Shown here piece after piece: positions 44,836 through 55,672 of a stretch of DNA of 64,000 nt. This DNA comes from an uncultured Gemmatimonadaceae bacterium. Lineage in GTDB: Bacteria; Gemmatimonadota; Gemmatimonadetes; Gemmatimonadales; Gemmatimonadaceae. Below the pieces are notes generated by a model that saw only the letters and a list, made by a program, of their open reading frames with translations, was not told the origin of the DNA and ran no database searches. Both the position numbers and the translations under genes were made by a program. How positions within the stretch are numbered: the stretch's first letter is position 1; every line of letters starts with the position of its first letter. The stretch spans positions 21,675 through 85,674 of the forward strand of contig CAWFQK010000001.1 in the NCBI GenBank assembly GCA_963817955.1. The letters are read 5' to 3'.

Positions 44836-47067
44836 ATGCGCTGCCCACTACTCATGCGGGCGCTCGTCGCGTGGGTGGGCCTGGCCTGCGTGCCAGCCCT
44901 CCATGCCCAGAGCGGCCATAGTCAAAACGAATCACCCGACGTTCGAAAGCTCACCCTGGCCGGGGTCAAACAGGTTGACGTGGTTGACCTCGCCAAGAGC
45001 ATTTCGACGCAGGCCTCCAGGTGCAGAAGTCTGCTCCTGGAGCCATTCTGCCTGTTCAGCCACTCGCCCACGTTCGAGGAAAAGCACTACCTGAACCACG
45101 ACGAGTTGCGACGGGACGTCCTGCGCATACGGCTGTACTACTGGAAGCGCGGCTATCGCGAGGCGGAGGCCGATACCAGCGTCGAGCGCATAGGGGAGAA
45201 CCAGGTCGCCGTCACCTTCAATATCCGGGAAGGACGGCCAACGCTCGTTCGCAAGATCGCCATTACGTACGACTCGGCGCTGATCAGCCCGAAAGTGCGC
45301 GATCGCTTGACGCTGCTGCACGCCAACGACCCCCTCGACCTCATCGTGCTCGACTCGATGCGCGTCTTGTTCCAGAACGAGATCTGGGACCAAGGCTTCG
45401 GCGACGCGGTCGCCGATACCAGCGTCACGATAGACCAACCGGCCTATCTCGCCGACGTCCACCTCACGGTCACACCGAACCGGCGCACCACCATCGGCCG
45501 CATCACCGTGAGCGGCAATCAGAAGGTGGATCTGCAGACCATCAAGACCTTCATCACGTTCACGACCGGCGATCTCTACCGGCAATCGAGCATTCTCGAA
45601 AGTCAGCGCAACCTCTACGAGTCGAATCTGTTCCGGCTGGCCGCCATCGACGTGCCGCCGCAGTACGACACAGTCAAGAACGTCAACATCGACCTGACGG
45701 AGGCGCCGCTGCACGAAGCACGCGTCGGCCCAGGCCTGACGAACGTCGATTTCGTTCAATTCCAGACCCACTACACCAGCTACAACCTGTTCGGCGGCGC
45801 ACGGCGGCTCGACGTCGATGGTACGGTCGGCAACCTGTTCGCGCCGTCGCTGCAGGGGCGGGGCATCTTCCGCAACGTGCGCGCCGACGTTCCGGACAGC
45901 AACCTGGCGCCCTATCTACAACCGACATACACCGCCAGCATCGACTTCAAGCAGCCGGCGTTTCTGGGGCGGACGGCCGACCAGGCGGGCATCGGCACGT
46001 TCACGCACCGGACGATCAACCCCGGCGTGTTCATCGACCGCGGCTATGGCGGTCAGGCAACGTTCACACATCTCCTGAGTAGTCGTGCGCCGCTGAGCCT
46101 CAACTACCGCTACGAGCTCAACCGCGTTGACGCCAGCGACGTGTATTTCTGCGTGAACTTCGGTGTGTGCGACCCGCTGACGATCGGCGCGCTGCGCTCG
46201 CATCAGTCGTTGTCGCCACTCACGTTGACGGGCTTCATCGACCGGACGGACCAACCGTTCGAGCCAACAAAGGGCTACGTGGCCCGCCTCGACCTCGAGA
46301 ATGCGTCGGCATATACGGGTTCCGACTACCGGTACAATCGCATCTTCCTGGACGTGTCTGCGTACACGCATCGCAGCCGAACAAAGGACGTTTTCTCGGC
46401 GCACCTTCGGGTTGGGTGGGTCCGAGCGCTGGCGAGCGGCACAGACAGCGGCGTGCTCCATCCGCGAAAACGGTTCTACGCGGGCGGAGCGAACTCCGTG
46501 CGCGGCTACGCGGAGAACCAACTCGGACCACGCATTCTGACGATCGATGACTCGACGCTCGCGAAAGCGTCGAGCATTGGCGGCGGCGTGTGCGCGCCAA
46601 CGTTCGACGGAATCAAGTTCTGCGACCCCAACTCGCCAGCGCTGGCGCGCAGCGATTTCCTGCCGCAGCCACTCGGCGGCACGTCGCTGCTCGAGGGAGG
46701 AATCGAGTATCGATTCCCGCTCGCGCTGGGACCGACCCTCCGCAATTTCGTCGGCGCGGTGTTCCTCGACGGCGGCATCGTGGGCTCGGCCAACATCCGG
46801 GGCCTGCGAACGATCACCAATATCGTCAAGGGTACGGGCGCCATTACGCCTGGCTTCGGCGTTCGCTACGAATCGGCCGTCGGCCCCATCCGCGTCGATT
46901 TCGGCATCAATCCCAACCGCGCCGAAATTCTCGGCGTCGTCACCGCGGTGCGTGACAGCACGGGCGTGACGCGGATCGTACCGCTGCCGACACCAAAGCG
47001 CTACACGCAAGGCTCGACGCTGCTCAGTCGTCTGACACTGCACTTCTCGATCGGCGAGGCCTACTGA
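44836..47067 (+). CDS. tamA: Omp85-family outer-membrane protein (TamA/BamA-like)
   Basis: Signal peptide MRCPLLMRALVAWVGLACVPALHAQ. POTRA-like repeats. C-terminal surface-antigen barrel (RFYAGGANSVRGY...). Its stop overlaps the tamB ATG. Confidence 0.8.
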   Translation: MRCPLLMRALVAWVGLACVPALHAQSGHSQNESPDVRKLTLAGVKQVDVVDLAKSISTQASRCRSLLLEPFCLFSHSPTFEEKHYLNHDELRRDVLRIRLYYWKRGYREAEADTSVERIGENQVAVTFNIREGRPTLVRKIAITYDSALISPKVRDRLTLLHANDPLDLIVLDSMRVLFQNEIWDQGFGDAVADTSVTIDQPAYLADVHLTVTPNRRTTIGRITVSGNQKVDLQTIKTFITFTTGDLYRQSSILESQRNLYESNLFRLAAIDVPPQYDTVKNVNIDLTEAPLHEARVGPGLTNVDFVQFQTHYTSYNLFGGARRLDVDGTVGNLFAPSLQGRGIFRNVRADVPDSNLAPYLQPTYTASIDFKQPAFLGRTADQAGIGTFTHRTINPGVFIDRGYGGQATFTHLLSSRAPLSLNYRYELNRVDASDVYFCVNFGVCDPLTIGALRSHQSLSPLTLTGFIDRTDQPFEPTKGYVARLDLENASAYTGSDYRYNRIFLDVSAYTHRSRTKDVFSAHLRVGWVRALASGTDSGVLHPRKRFYAGGANSVRGYAENQLGPRILTIDDSTLAKASSIGGGVCAPTFDGIKFCDPNSPALARSDFLPQPLGGTSLLEGGIEYRFPLALGPTLRNFVGAVFLDGGIVGSANIRGLRTITNIVKGTGAITPGFGVRYESAVGPIRVDFGINPNRAEILGVVTAVRDSTGVTRIVPLPTPKRYTQGSTLLSRLTLHFSIGEAY

Positions 47068-50000
47068 TGGCGGAGCGGGGCCCGTCCGGCGCACCGGAAG
47101 ATTTGCCCACACCAGGCAAACACGACCGGAATCGCGTCGTGGCCCCTCACCAGAATCCGGAGGCGCTGCACTGGACGCGCGGCATCGTCGTGGGCGTGTC
47201 CATGATTGCAGGGTTCATTCTGCTCGCGATGGGCGTCGTGCTCGTGCTCACCGGTACCGATTGGGGCCGCGAACGCATGCGGCGATTGGCACAGAATAGC
47301 CTCAACAGCTATCTCCACGGAACGACCAGAATAGGCCGCCTCTCGGGCAACTTGCTCGTCGGCGTGACCGTACACGACTTCGTGATCACGGACAGCGCCG
47401 GCAAGCCGTTCATCGCGATCGAGTCGTTCAGGGCGAACTATTCGATCATGGGGTTGCTACGGAAGCGCGTGTGGATCGATGGTGCGGTGGCCGTACGCCC
47501 CCTGGTGGTACTCGACCGACCGGAGGGCCAGCCGTGGAATTGGCAACGCATCTTCGCGCGCATCACGGCACCAAAGCCACCGACGCAGCGGCCAGGATGG
47601 GGCGACTGGATCCGATTCACCAATGCGACGGTGGTCGACGGTGAGCTCATCGTCCGGACCCCGTGGCGCCCAAGCGAACGTCTCTCGGCGACAGCTCGTG
47701 ACAGCGTGATTCGCGATGTGCTCGGCGGCGGCTCGCGGCTTCTGGTGCACCGCGTCACCGGAGGGTTCGAGAAGGTTGTGCAACTCGATTCCATCACGGG
47801 GACCATCCCGTTGCTGCGTCTTTCGCAGCCCGGGCTGAAGGACCGACTGCTCGAGATATCCGCGCTGACCATGACGGCGTACCCGTTCCGTCCGCCTGCC
47901 GCGAACGTGCGCGACATGAAGGCCGTGATTTCCTTCAACAACGACTCGGCGTGGTGGCATGGCGCCTACGTCGCCCTGCCGCAGTCGCGCGCCACCGGCG
48001 ATGGCAGTTACGCGTTTGCCAGCGGTGACATGACCTTGACGGTGCACAGCGATCCGGCAGACCTCGGCGACATGCGCTGGGTGTATCCGCGTCTCCTGGC
48101 CAATGGTCGCGGCAAGTTCGATTTGCGGCTCGAGTGGCGCGGAGCCCTCCAGGATTATCAGTTCGCGAACGCCGACATCACCATGGGCCCGTCGCATGTG
48201 ACGGGTACGTTCGGCATCATGCTCGGCGACACGATCACCATCCACGACGCCGACCTCCGGTTCGCGGGGCTCGACACGCGAACGCTCGAGCAGCTCATTC
48301 CGCACTTTTCGTCGCCCCGCCGCGGCACGTTCGCGGGCCACGGGATCGTGCACGGTGGACGGCACGCGCTCGCCGTGAACGGCGATGTGCGTTTCGACGA
48401 CCAGCGAGCCGGACCGAGCCGTGTCATCGCCAACGGCGAGATTGGGTTTCTCGACCAGGGCGGTATTCGCGCGCGCAATCTTCGCTTGCAACTTCTGCCC
48501 GTGCAGGTGGACATGGCGCGCACCTGGATGCCGACGCTGCCGATCAGCGGCGTGGTGTCCGGCGCCGCCACCATCAACGGATCCACCACGACACAACTCG
48601 ACGTAGCGGCAAACGTGGAGCACCTGGATCGCGGGGCACGATCCGCACTGGACGGCACGGCGTCAATCCGACTCACCGGTGCCAAGTACTTCGACGTGAA
48701 CGTCGTCGCTCGGCCAGTGTCGCTGGTGGAAGTGGGACGATTCGTTCCAGCAGTGGGACTGCAGGGCAACGCGGCTGGACCCGCGCACATTTCGGGGACA
48801 CTCACCAACCTGCGAGTCGTTGCCACGCTCGCACTGCCGGAAGGCGGCCGGTTCGAGACTCGGGGAACGCTCGATCTGGCGAGCCGCGACAAGAGCTACG
48901 ATTTGACGTCGCGGCTGTACACCGTGAATCTCCGAACGATCGACGGGAAGGCGCCGGTCACGTCGCTCACCGCGCTCACCACGGTACGCGGCCGCGGCAC
49001 TCAGCTCGCCACCATGCGCACCGTCATCGCCGCCGATCTTTCCACCTCGCGCTGGGATACCGTCGCCGTGGATACCGCCTCCGTGCGCGTGACACTGGCG
49101 AACGGGCTTGCGGACGTGCAGCGGCTGTCCGCCGTCGGCGCACACACCACGGTATCAGCATCGGGAAGCTTCGGGTTGACCCGCGAGCGCAGCGGTCAGC
49201 TCACCTATCGCCTCCGTATGGATTCGCTTGGCGCCTTCAACCGGTGGCTGCCGCGTCTCACGGGAGCCCCGCCGCCCGTGGCGCCACGGCCAATGGTCGT
49301 CGCGCGCGCACTCCAGCAGGCCAGGGCCGACTCCATACGCGTCGCACGCGCCACGGAGATGGGGCGGTTATTGAGCGGCGCACCGGGTCCGCGCCTCGTC
49401 GTGCATGCGCCGCAGCCAGTGCCGGCGGATACCCTCGCGGGATCGATGTACGCGTCGGGTACGCTCAGCGGCAATCTCTACGACTTCGACCTCCGCGGGC
49501 GCGCGGGCGGTGACAACGTGGTAGCGCGCGGAAACTTCATCCGCCACTTCCAGAGCGAATACATCTGGCGCCACGCGCGCACATCTGCTTCGACGCTCGC
49601 CGTCGGCCTCGACGCCGACAGCGTCAGTGCCATGGGGTTTGCGTTCGACACGCTGAACGCGAGACTCACGTACAACTCTCCCGGCGGGCACATGGAGCTC
49701 GCCGTGACGCAAGGTGGCAACCGACAGTACGGAGCGAACGGCGACTACGCGTTCTATCCCGACTACAAGGAATTGCGTTTCGTGGACATGACCTTCCGCT
49801 TCGACACGGCCTTGTGGTCCATGCCGCACCCCGGACTCATCCGGTGGGGAGGGCCTGGCATTCGCGTCACCAATTTCGAGCTGCGCAATCGCGGGAATGG
49901 CCGAGTGTACGCGAACGGGTTGCTTCCGACGACCGGCGTGGCGGATTTCGTTTTCGACGTGGACAACCTGCCCGTCGCCAACATCGTCGACCTCACACAG

Positions 50001-51722
50001 AGCGACGTCGAGCTGACCGGCACGATGACGCTGCACGGCCAAATGAGCGGCACGTTGAGCGCTCCGTCGTTCAGCGGCGCGTTCGGGCTGGCGCAGGGCA
50101 CGTACAATAAGGTGCTGGTACCCGAGCTCCATGGCCGGTTCGGATACGCCGATCGTCTGCTGGTCACGCATATCGACGCGCTTCACGGTAGCGGCCAGCC
50201 CATGACCACCATCGATGGACGCATTCCGATCAATCTCGCATTCACGGGCGTCACCGGCAGCCGTTTACTCCCCAATCCAATAGCGGTGGATCTTGCGGCG
50301 GACAGTCTACCGCTCGAGCTCATTCCGCAGATGACCAGTGTCGTCTCCGAACTTCATGGGCGGGCAGCGGGCAAGATGACGATGCGCGGGACCCTCGAGC
50401 GGCCATCACTCGTCGGCGCATTCACGTGGGCGCAGGGTTCGGTGAAAATCACGTCCACGGGCGCCATGATCGAGAGCGTCGGTGCCACGGTGCGAATGGC
50501 CAACGATACCGTCTATGTGGACTCGCTCGCGGGTTGGGCGAAAGGGCCGGTACGCGTGCGCGGCACGCTGGCAGTCGGCAATTGGCGTGAGCCGTCGTTC
50601 AACCTGTTTCTCGTGTCGCAGAACGCCGAGTTGATCGACAACGACTCGGCGCGCGTACGCATCGACGCCGGGCTCGCGCTGACTGGTCCGTACCGTTCGG
50701 CGTACTTGAGCGGAGCCGTCACGATCACCCAAGGGGTGATCTACGCCCCCGAGCCGGAGGGACGGCACGTGATTGGCGCCGGCGATCCCGCGCTCTTCAA
50801 TGTGCTCGATACGGCGACCGCAAGCGACCGCCAGCTGTTCCCTCCGACGTCACCATTGCTCGCCAACTTGCGTGTACAGATCGCCCTGAACGTCAACCAC
50901 GATACGTGGGTACGCAATCGCGAAACGAACGTCGAGATCTACACAGACGATCCGATCACCGTGTACGACGAACAGCAGGCGCTCTCGCTGACCGGCGTCA
51001 TCACGACTGATCGTGGCGAATACGATTTCATGAGTAAACGCTTCCAGATAAAACGTGGCTCGGCAACGTTCATCGGCAATCCCGATATGAATCCCACCCT
51101 GCAAGTGACTGGCGAGTACCAGGTGCAGTTGGCGGCGCACGGCGCGGTCAACATTCGCGTGGTGATTGGCGGCACGCTCAGGCGGCCGAAGTTGTCGCTG
51201 GAGAGTGACGCTCAGCCGCCGCGGACGCAGTCAGAGCTTCTCAGCCTGTTGGCCTTTGGACAGTCCAGCACGTCACTGTTGGCGTTCGGATCGACAAGCA
51301 TTGCCGGAACGGCAGCGACCTCGGATCTGTTCGGCGTGGGTGCGCAGTTCGCCGTGCGCCGCCTGGCCGGCGTCGCGCTCGGCGTAGCGGTTCAGCAAGT
51401 CGAGATACAAGCCGGCCGGACGTTCGGCACCGACGTGTTCGACATCACGCCTGCGGATGTGCCGACGACCAATGCGATCGGCAGTTTCCTCACGCAAACC
51501 AAGTTTGAGGCCGGCAAGTACATCAACGGCCGCACCTTCGTGAGTGCGCAGGAGCAGGCCGGCCGTCTTGGCGTAGGCATCGAGCACCGCACCGCGGACG
51601 GCTGGCATATTCAGACAAGCATCGAGCCTCGCGTCGTGCTGCTCGAGCCAACATTGAGCAGCCAGCCGTTCCGGACGATGACGACGTACGGTGGGTACGT
51701 GATTCGGGAGTGGCGGTTTTAG
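47067..51722 (+). CDS. tamB: translocation and assembly module protein TamB-like (DUF490/AsmA-like)
   Basis: 1551 aa. N-terminal TM anchor, a long beta-rich body, and a C-terminal DUF490-like end. 1-nt overlap with the Omp85 gene. Confidence 0.85.
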   Translation: MAERGPSGAPEDLPTPGKHDRNRVVAPHQNPEALHWTRGIVVGVSMIAGFILLAMGVVLVLTGTDWGRERMRRLAQNSLNSYLHGTTRIGRLSGNLLVGVTVHDFVITDSAGKPFIAIESFRANYSIMGLLRKRVWIDGAVAVRPLVVLDRPEGQPWNWQRIFARITAPKPPTQRPGWGDWIRFTNATVVDGELIVRTPWRPSERLSATARDSVIRDVLGGGSRLLVHRVTGGFEKVVQLDSITGTIPLLRLSQPGLKDRLLEISALTMTAYPFRPPAANVRDMKAVISFNNDSAWWHGAYVALPQSRATGDGSYAFASGDMTLTVHSDPADLGDMRWVYPRLLANGRGKFDLRLEWRGALQDYQFANADITMGPSHVTGTFGIMLGDTITIHDADLRFAGLDTRTLEQLIPHFSSPRRGTFAGHGIVHGGRHALAVNGDVRFDDQRAGPSRVIANGEIGFLDQGGIRARNLRLQLLPVQVDMARTWMPTLPISGVVSGAATINGSTTTQLDVAANVEHLDRGARSALDGTASIRLTGAKYFDVNVVARPVSLVEVGRFVPAVGLQGNAAGPAHISGTLTNLRVVATLALPEGGRFETRGTLDLASRDKSYDLTSRLYTVNLRTIDGKAPVTSLTALTTVRGRGTQLATMRTVIAADLSTSRWDTVAVDTASVRVTLANGLADVQRLSAVGAHTTVSASGSFGLTRERSGQLTYRLRMDSLGAFNRWLPRLTGAPPPVAPRPMVVARALQQARADSIRVARATEMGRLLSGAPGPRLVVHAPQPVPADTLAGSMYASGTLSGNLYDFDLRGRAGGDNVVARGNFIRHFQSEYIWRHARTSASTLAVGLDADSVSAMGFAFDTLNARLTYNSPGGHMELAVTQGGNRQYGANGDYAFYPDYKELRFVDMTFRFDTALWSMPHPGLIRWGGPGIRVTNFELRNRGNGRVYANGLLPTTGVADFVFDVDNLPVANIVDLTQSDVELTGTMTLHGQMSGTLSAPSFSGAFGLAQGTYNKVLVPELHGRFGYADRLLVTHIDALHGSGQPMTTIDGRIPINLAFTGVTGSRLLPNPIAVDLAADSLPLELIPQMTSVVSELHGRAAGKMTMRGTLERPSLVGAFTWAQGSVKITSTGAMIESVGATVRMANDTVYVDSLAGWAKGPVRVRGTLAVGNWREPSFNLFLVSQNAELIDNDSARVRIDAGLALTGPYRSAYLSGAVTITQGVIYAPEPEGRHVIGAGDPALFNVLDTATASDRQLFPPTSPLLANLRVQIALNVNHDTWVRNRETNVEIYTDDPITVYDEQQALSLTGVITTDRGEYDFMSKRFQIKRGSATFIGNPDMNPTLQVTGEYQVQLAAHGAVNIRVVIGGTLRRPKLSLESDAQPPRTQSELLSLLAFGQSSTSLLAFGSTSIAGTAATSDLFGVGAQFAVRRLAGVALGVAVQQVEIQAGRTFGTDVFDITPADVPTTNAIGSFLTQTKFEAGKYINGRTFVSAQEQAGRLGVGIEHRTADGWHIQTSIEPRVVLLEPTLSSQPFRTMTTYGGYVIREWRF

Positions 51723-52072
51723 CGGGACACGGGACACGGGACACGAGACACGAGACACGAGAAACTCACCACTCACAACTCACAACTGGAAACTCGAACC
51801 TCGCCGACCGGCGATAGTGGCCTGCGAGCCAGGCGCCCTGGTGCGCATGACCCGTATACTGACAACTGACAACTGACAACTGGCAACTGATCACGGTACC
51901 CGCGACGGCCTGTCCTCCTGAGCGAAGGACCTGGGTGATCGGATTGGACTCCGGGTATTGACCGGCTGGTTGTCGCTGGCTGCTCCGTAGCGGTCAGCCC
52001 ACCGGTCGGCGAGTTTCGAGTTTCCAGTTGTGAGTCGTGCGTTGTGAGTTCCCCGTGTCTCGTGTCCCGCCC
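51723..52072. repeat. complete MITE-like element: ~85-bp imperfect terminal inverted repeats tipped with GGACACG heptamers, plus an internal (GACAACT)x4 array
   Basis: Left arm 51725-51812, right arm 52000-52068 (33/35 identical in the inner part). It fills the entire gap between convergent tamB and the DEAD-box helicase gene. No ORF with a transposase-like translation. Confidence 0.8.
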
Positions 52073-53275
52073 TCAGTCCGCCGCGACGGTACCGAAATCG
52101 AACCCGGGTACCGAAATCCGTTCGATTGGCTGACCGATGATTCGCTCGATCTGGCGGACCATCGCGATCTCGTCGGGTGACATGAAGGTGAACGCATCGC
52201 CTTCCTTTGCTGCACGACCGGTGCGGCCGATGCGGTGCACGTAATCCTCGGCCTGCTGCGGCACATCGTAGTTCACGACGTGCGTGATGCCGGAGATGTC
52301 GAGCCCGCGCTGCGCGATGTCGGTGGCGACGAGTACGCGCACCTTGCCCTGCCGAAAGTCCTCGAGTGCGCGCGTGCGCTGCGGTTGCGTCTTGTCGGCG
52401 TGCATCGCGGTGGCCGCGATGTTCTCACGCTCGAGATGCCGCACGACGCGATCGGCGCCATGCTTGGTGCGCGTGAACACGAGCACCGAGTCCACCTTCT
52501 CGTCGCGTAGCAGCTGCGCCAGGAGTGCGCTCTTGCGCTCGCGCGGCACGGGATACACCGCATGCGTCACCGTGCTCGCCGCGCCCGAACGACGCCCAAC
52601 CTGCACCACCACGGGCTTGCGCAGGTACTTGCGAGCCAGCGCCTCGACTTCCGGCGGCATGGTGGCGCTGAACAATAGTGTCTGCCGGTACTTCGGAACT
52701 TCGGCGACGATGCGGTTGATCTGCGGCGCGAAGCCCATGTCGAGCATGCGATCCGCTTCGTCGAGCACGAGCACTTCGAGGTCGTCGAACACGACGTTCT
52801 GGCGCTCGAGGTGATCGATCAGGCGGCCCGGCGTCGCCACGACAATGTCCACCCCAGCACGCAGCTTTCTCTGCTGCGGATCGAGGGGCACTCCGCCGTA
52901 CACAGATACCACCGTCAGATCAGAGTGTCTGGCGTACTTCTGCACGCTCTCTTCCACCTGCACGCACAACTCGCGTGTCGGTGTGAGCACCAACGCCCTC
53001 GTGCGGCGCGGACCGTCGATGAGTCGATCGACGATTGGAAGGGTGAACGCGGCCGTCTTGCCGGTGCCGGTTTGCGCGAGTCCCATGACATCGCGCCCCT
53101 TGAGGATCAGGGGGATTGCTTCGGCCTGAATCGGCGTCGGCGTCAGGTAGCCTGCGTCCTTTACTGCCTCGAGCGCTCCCGCTGAAAGACCGATTTCTAA
53201 AAACGTGGGAACGTGTGCGGCTTCACTGATGTCCTGCAGTCCTACAACAATCGTCTCGGTAACCATGATGTCCAT
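52073..53275 (-). CDS. DEAD-box ATP-dependent RNA helicase (RhlE-like)
   Basis: Q motif TPIQ, AQTGTGKTAAF, PTRELC, VLDEADRMLDMGF, SAT, HRIGRTGRA. The start was trimmed to the ATG at 53275. Confidence 0.88.
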   Translation of the reverse strand: MDIMVTETIVVGLQDISEAAHVPTFLEIGLSAGALEAVKDAGYLTPTPIQAEAIPLILKGRDVMGLAQTGTGKTAAFTLPIVDRLIDGPRRTRALVLTPTRELCVQVEESVQKYARHSDLTVVSVYGGVPLDPQQRKLRAGVDIVVATPGRLIDHLERQNVVFDDLEVLVLDEADRMLDMGFAPQINRIVAEVPKYRQTLLFSATMPPEVEALARKYLRKPVVVQVGRRSGAASTVTHAVYPVPRERKSALLAQLLRDEKVDSVLVFTRTKHGADRVVRHLERENIAATAMHADKTQPQRTRALEDFRQGKVRVLVATDIAQRGLDISGITHVVNYDVPQQAEDYVHRIGRTGRAAKEGDAFTFMSPDEIAMVRQIERIIGQPIERISVPGFDFGTVAAD

Positions 53276-53525
53276 CGCTGCGCACCGGGGCCGCCACCCA
53301 GGACCATCCCGGGACCGGTGTCTCTCGAAGTGCCGGTGAGCAGAGGGCGCACCGGCCAAATCAGCGAAGCATCCGGCTTCGCTTACGCGAGGGGCGTTGC
53401 GGCCCACGCACCAATTTTGATGCGCGCCGTCCCCCACGGCTGCGACCGTCCTGGCATCGCCGATCCACTCCTGGCAACCCTGCCGCAGCTGATCATGTAA
53501 ATCTAACTCATTGTGGCACTTAGCG

Positions 53526-54395
53526 CTACCGAACGAAGTCACCCACAGCAGCGTACACATCGTCGGGAAATTCTTCGTGCGCGCAGTGCCCGCCTTCCAC
53601 TTGGAGCACCACGGCGTCGTGCAACCGGGTGGCTACACGCACTGGGGTACGTATCAGACGATCCTGTCGCCCAAGTATCACCAGGCTCGGGACCGCCAAG
53701 CCGGCGGCCTCTTTGTCTCCGACCGGGCTGAAGTCGAACTGCCGGAGCGTATCGCGAGCCGCGCGCACGTGCCCGGGGAGCTGAACCGGCGCCCAGTATT
53801 CGTCGATGTCGCGCGGCGTCACGCGGCGTGGGTCGCCATACGCGATCGTCTTGAGTATGGCGCCGATCATCCACCGCGGCACGAGCCGAGGACCAATCAG
53901 CTCAGTCATCTTCGGTGGCGCGACGCGCAGCAGCAGCACGAGAAAGGACAGCTCGCTGAGGCTCGTTGGATTGATCAATACGAGTTTGCGTACACGCTCC
54001 GGCCGCCGGAGCGCGTAGTGTAGGGACACTCCACCGCCCATCGACTGACCAAGCAGATTCGCGCGCGGCAGCATGAGCGCGTCGAGCAATGCATCGAGAT
54101 CCGCGCAGTACGACTCGAGGGAATACGCATTGGGCCCGAGCGGCACGTCCGACAATCCGAACCCGCGCAGATCCACGGCAATCACGCGGATGGCATAGCG
54201 GGATAGCCGTGCGAACGCGTGCCGGTAGGTGTAGATCGACGCACCCCAACCATGCAGCAGCACGAGCGGCGTACCATTCGCCGGCCCCTGTTCGGCAATG
54301 CGGACACGCACGCCGGTGGACAGCGCCAGAAACCGCGTCGTGATGTGGGGTTCGTGCGCGGGGAAGATCGCGTCTGGCGGTAGCGGCTGTGACAC
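53526..54395 (-). CDS. alpha/beta hydrolase
   Basis: LVLLHGWGAS, nucleophile elbow GQSMGGG, C-terminal GGHCAHEE. GTG start 5 nt after the upstream stop. The track's N-terminal extension would overlap the upstream gene by 165 nt. Confidence 0.8.
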   Translation of the reverse strand: MSQPLPPDAIFPAHEPHITTRFLALSTGVRVRIAEQGPANGTPLVLLHGWGASIYTYRHAFARLSRYAIRVIAVDLRGFGLSDVPLGPNAYSLESYCADLDALLDALMLPRANLLGQSMGGGVSLHYALRRPERVRKLVLINPTSLSELSFLVLLLRVAPPKMTELIGPRLVPRWMIGAILKTIAYGDPRRVTPRDIDEYWAPVQLPGHVRAARDTLRQFDFSPVGDKEAAGLAVPSLVILGRQDRLIRTPVRVATRLHDAVVLQVEGGHCAHEEFPDDVYAAVGDFVR

Positions 54396-54400
54396 GGCGT

Positions 54401-55558
54401 TCAGACGATCTCGATCACCCTCCCACTCAGCCGGCCGATGAGTCCGAGGCGGAACGTAGCGTCCGTCCAACGCTCGTCGCCGCTCGTGTGATCTTCGAGC
54501 GGATACATCGGCCAGAGAAACGGGTTCGGACTCTTGGGCGTGGTCAGGCCTTTGTGCGGATGCCACACGCCGTCGGCGTCGCGATCGTCGAGGAAGCGGT
54601 CATACAGCTTGCACCAATTCTCGTTCTTCTTGAGATAACCGAGGCGCGCCATCAGCTCCAGCCAGGCCATGGCGAGCACCACGTCTACGTCGGCTACACT
54701 GCGGTTCGCCAGCAGGTCGCCGAGCACGAGGTGCGGCTGCGGAACGACGTTATTGCCGCACAGTTGCACGACTTCCTGGCGCGGCAGCGCTTGCGAGAGA
54801 TGGTGGTACAGCAGCGCCATCGCGTCGTGATGCTCGGTTCGAAAAAGCGGCATGTACGCGAGCATGTGCAGCGCGTAGATCGAAGGCGGTGCGGCTTCGG
54901 GAGGCAGCACGTGCTGGTTGCCGACACGCACGAATGGCTTGGCCGCGTGCGGCGAGCGCAGATAGGACGCGACACGCTCAACGATGCGGCGCGCCGCGCC
55001 CCGCAAACGCGGATCGCCCTCATAACCAGCCTGGGCGAGCGTAGCGGCGGCTGCCTCGCGCAGAATGACCCGCGCCCGCCGTGAAGAATCATCGTCGGGC
55101 GCGAGCTTGCCGCCCAGCTCGAATAGGTACTCCGGATCATCGTCTTCCGCGAGCAGCCGGAACAGCACACGGCGCGCGTGCATGAGTGGCGGAGTGTTCT
55201 TGTCCCAGCCGTACTCGAGCAGTCGCCGCACCGCGTTGATGGTTCCGATCCCTTCGAAGTGCTCGCCACGCGCTGAGGGAAGCGTGAGCATCGTACGTCC
55301 CCAGGTGCCATCCACACCCTGCATCAGCGCCAACGTCAGCGCGGGGCGATGCGTAAATGGTAGAGATACCGTTTTGTCGGCAATAGCGGCGGGAAGCCTC
55401 GCGACCTCGACAATTGCCCGGTACTTGATCGGCGCTGCGGCATGTTCCATCAGCCAGGTCAGCGGAAATGCGATAGCCGGTGACGCCGGCGGCGCAGCCG
55501 GAGTCGGTGGCGGTGCGGTCGGAGTGGAACTGGCTGGTAACAGTGGCGGCAGGGTCAC
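54401..55558 (-). CDS. hypothetical protein (all-helical)
   Basis: Long ORF with consistent GC3 and a Pro/Ala-rich N-terminus. No motif I can name. Confidence 0.5.
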   Translation of the reverse strand: MTLPPLLPASSTPTAPPPTPAAPPASPAIAFPLTWLMEHAAAPIKYRAIVEVARLPAAIADKTVSLPFTHRPALTLALMQGVDGTWGRTMLTLPSARGEHFEGIGTINAVRRLLEYGWDKNTPPLMHARRVLFRLLAEDDDPEYLFELGGKLAPDDDSSRRARVILREAAAATLAQAGYEGDPRLRGAARRIVERVASYLRSPHAAKPFVRVGNQHVLPPEAAPPSIYALHMLAYMPLFRTEHHDAMALLYHHLSQALPRQEVVQLCGNNVVPQPHLVLGDLLANRSVADVDVVLAMAWLELMARLGYLKKNENWCKLYDRFLDDRDADGVWHPHKGLTTPKSPNPFLWPMYPLEDHTSGDERWTDATFRLGLIGRLSGRVIEIV

Positions 55559-55643
55559 TAGGCGCTCATTTCGGGCCTTAAAGTCCAGCGAAGTGTCTCG
55601 TTGGCAACAACGTCCTGCAGTTGGCCGCGTAAGAATATCAGTT

Positions 55644-55672
55644 TTGAGGCTTTGCGCTAGAGGGCGTATACT
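55644..55672 (+). promoter_or_regulatory. candidate sigma-70 promoter TTGAGG-N17-TATACT
   Basis: -35 at 55644-55649, -10 at 55667-55672. About 145 nt upstream of the 55817 ORF. Confidence 0.35.

Noticed and set aside
51930-51960. tRNA-like or SRP-RNA-like fragments (GGAGTCCAATCC, GGAGCAGCCAGCG) inside the repeat elements.
   Set aside because: No cloverleaf or SRP domain IV structure can be built around them. They are the shared internal sequence of the dispersed repeat.
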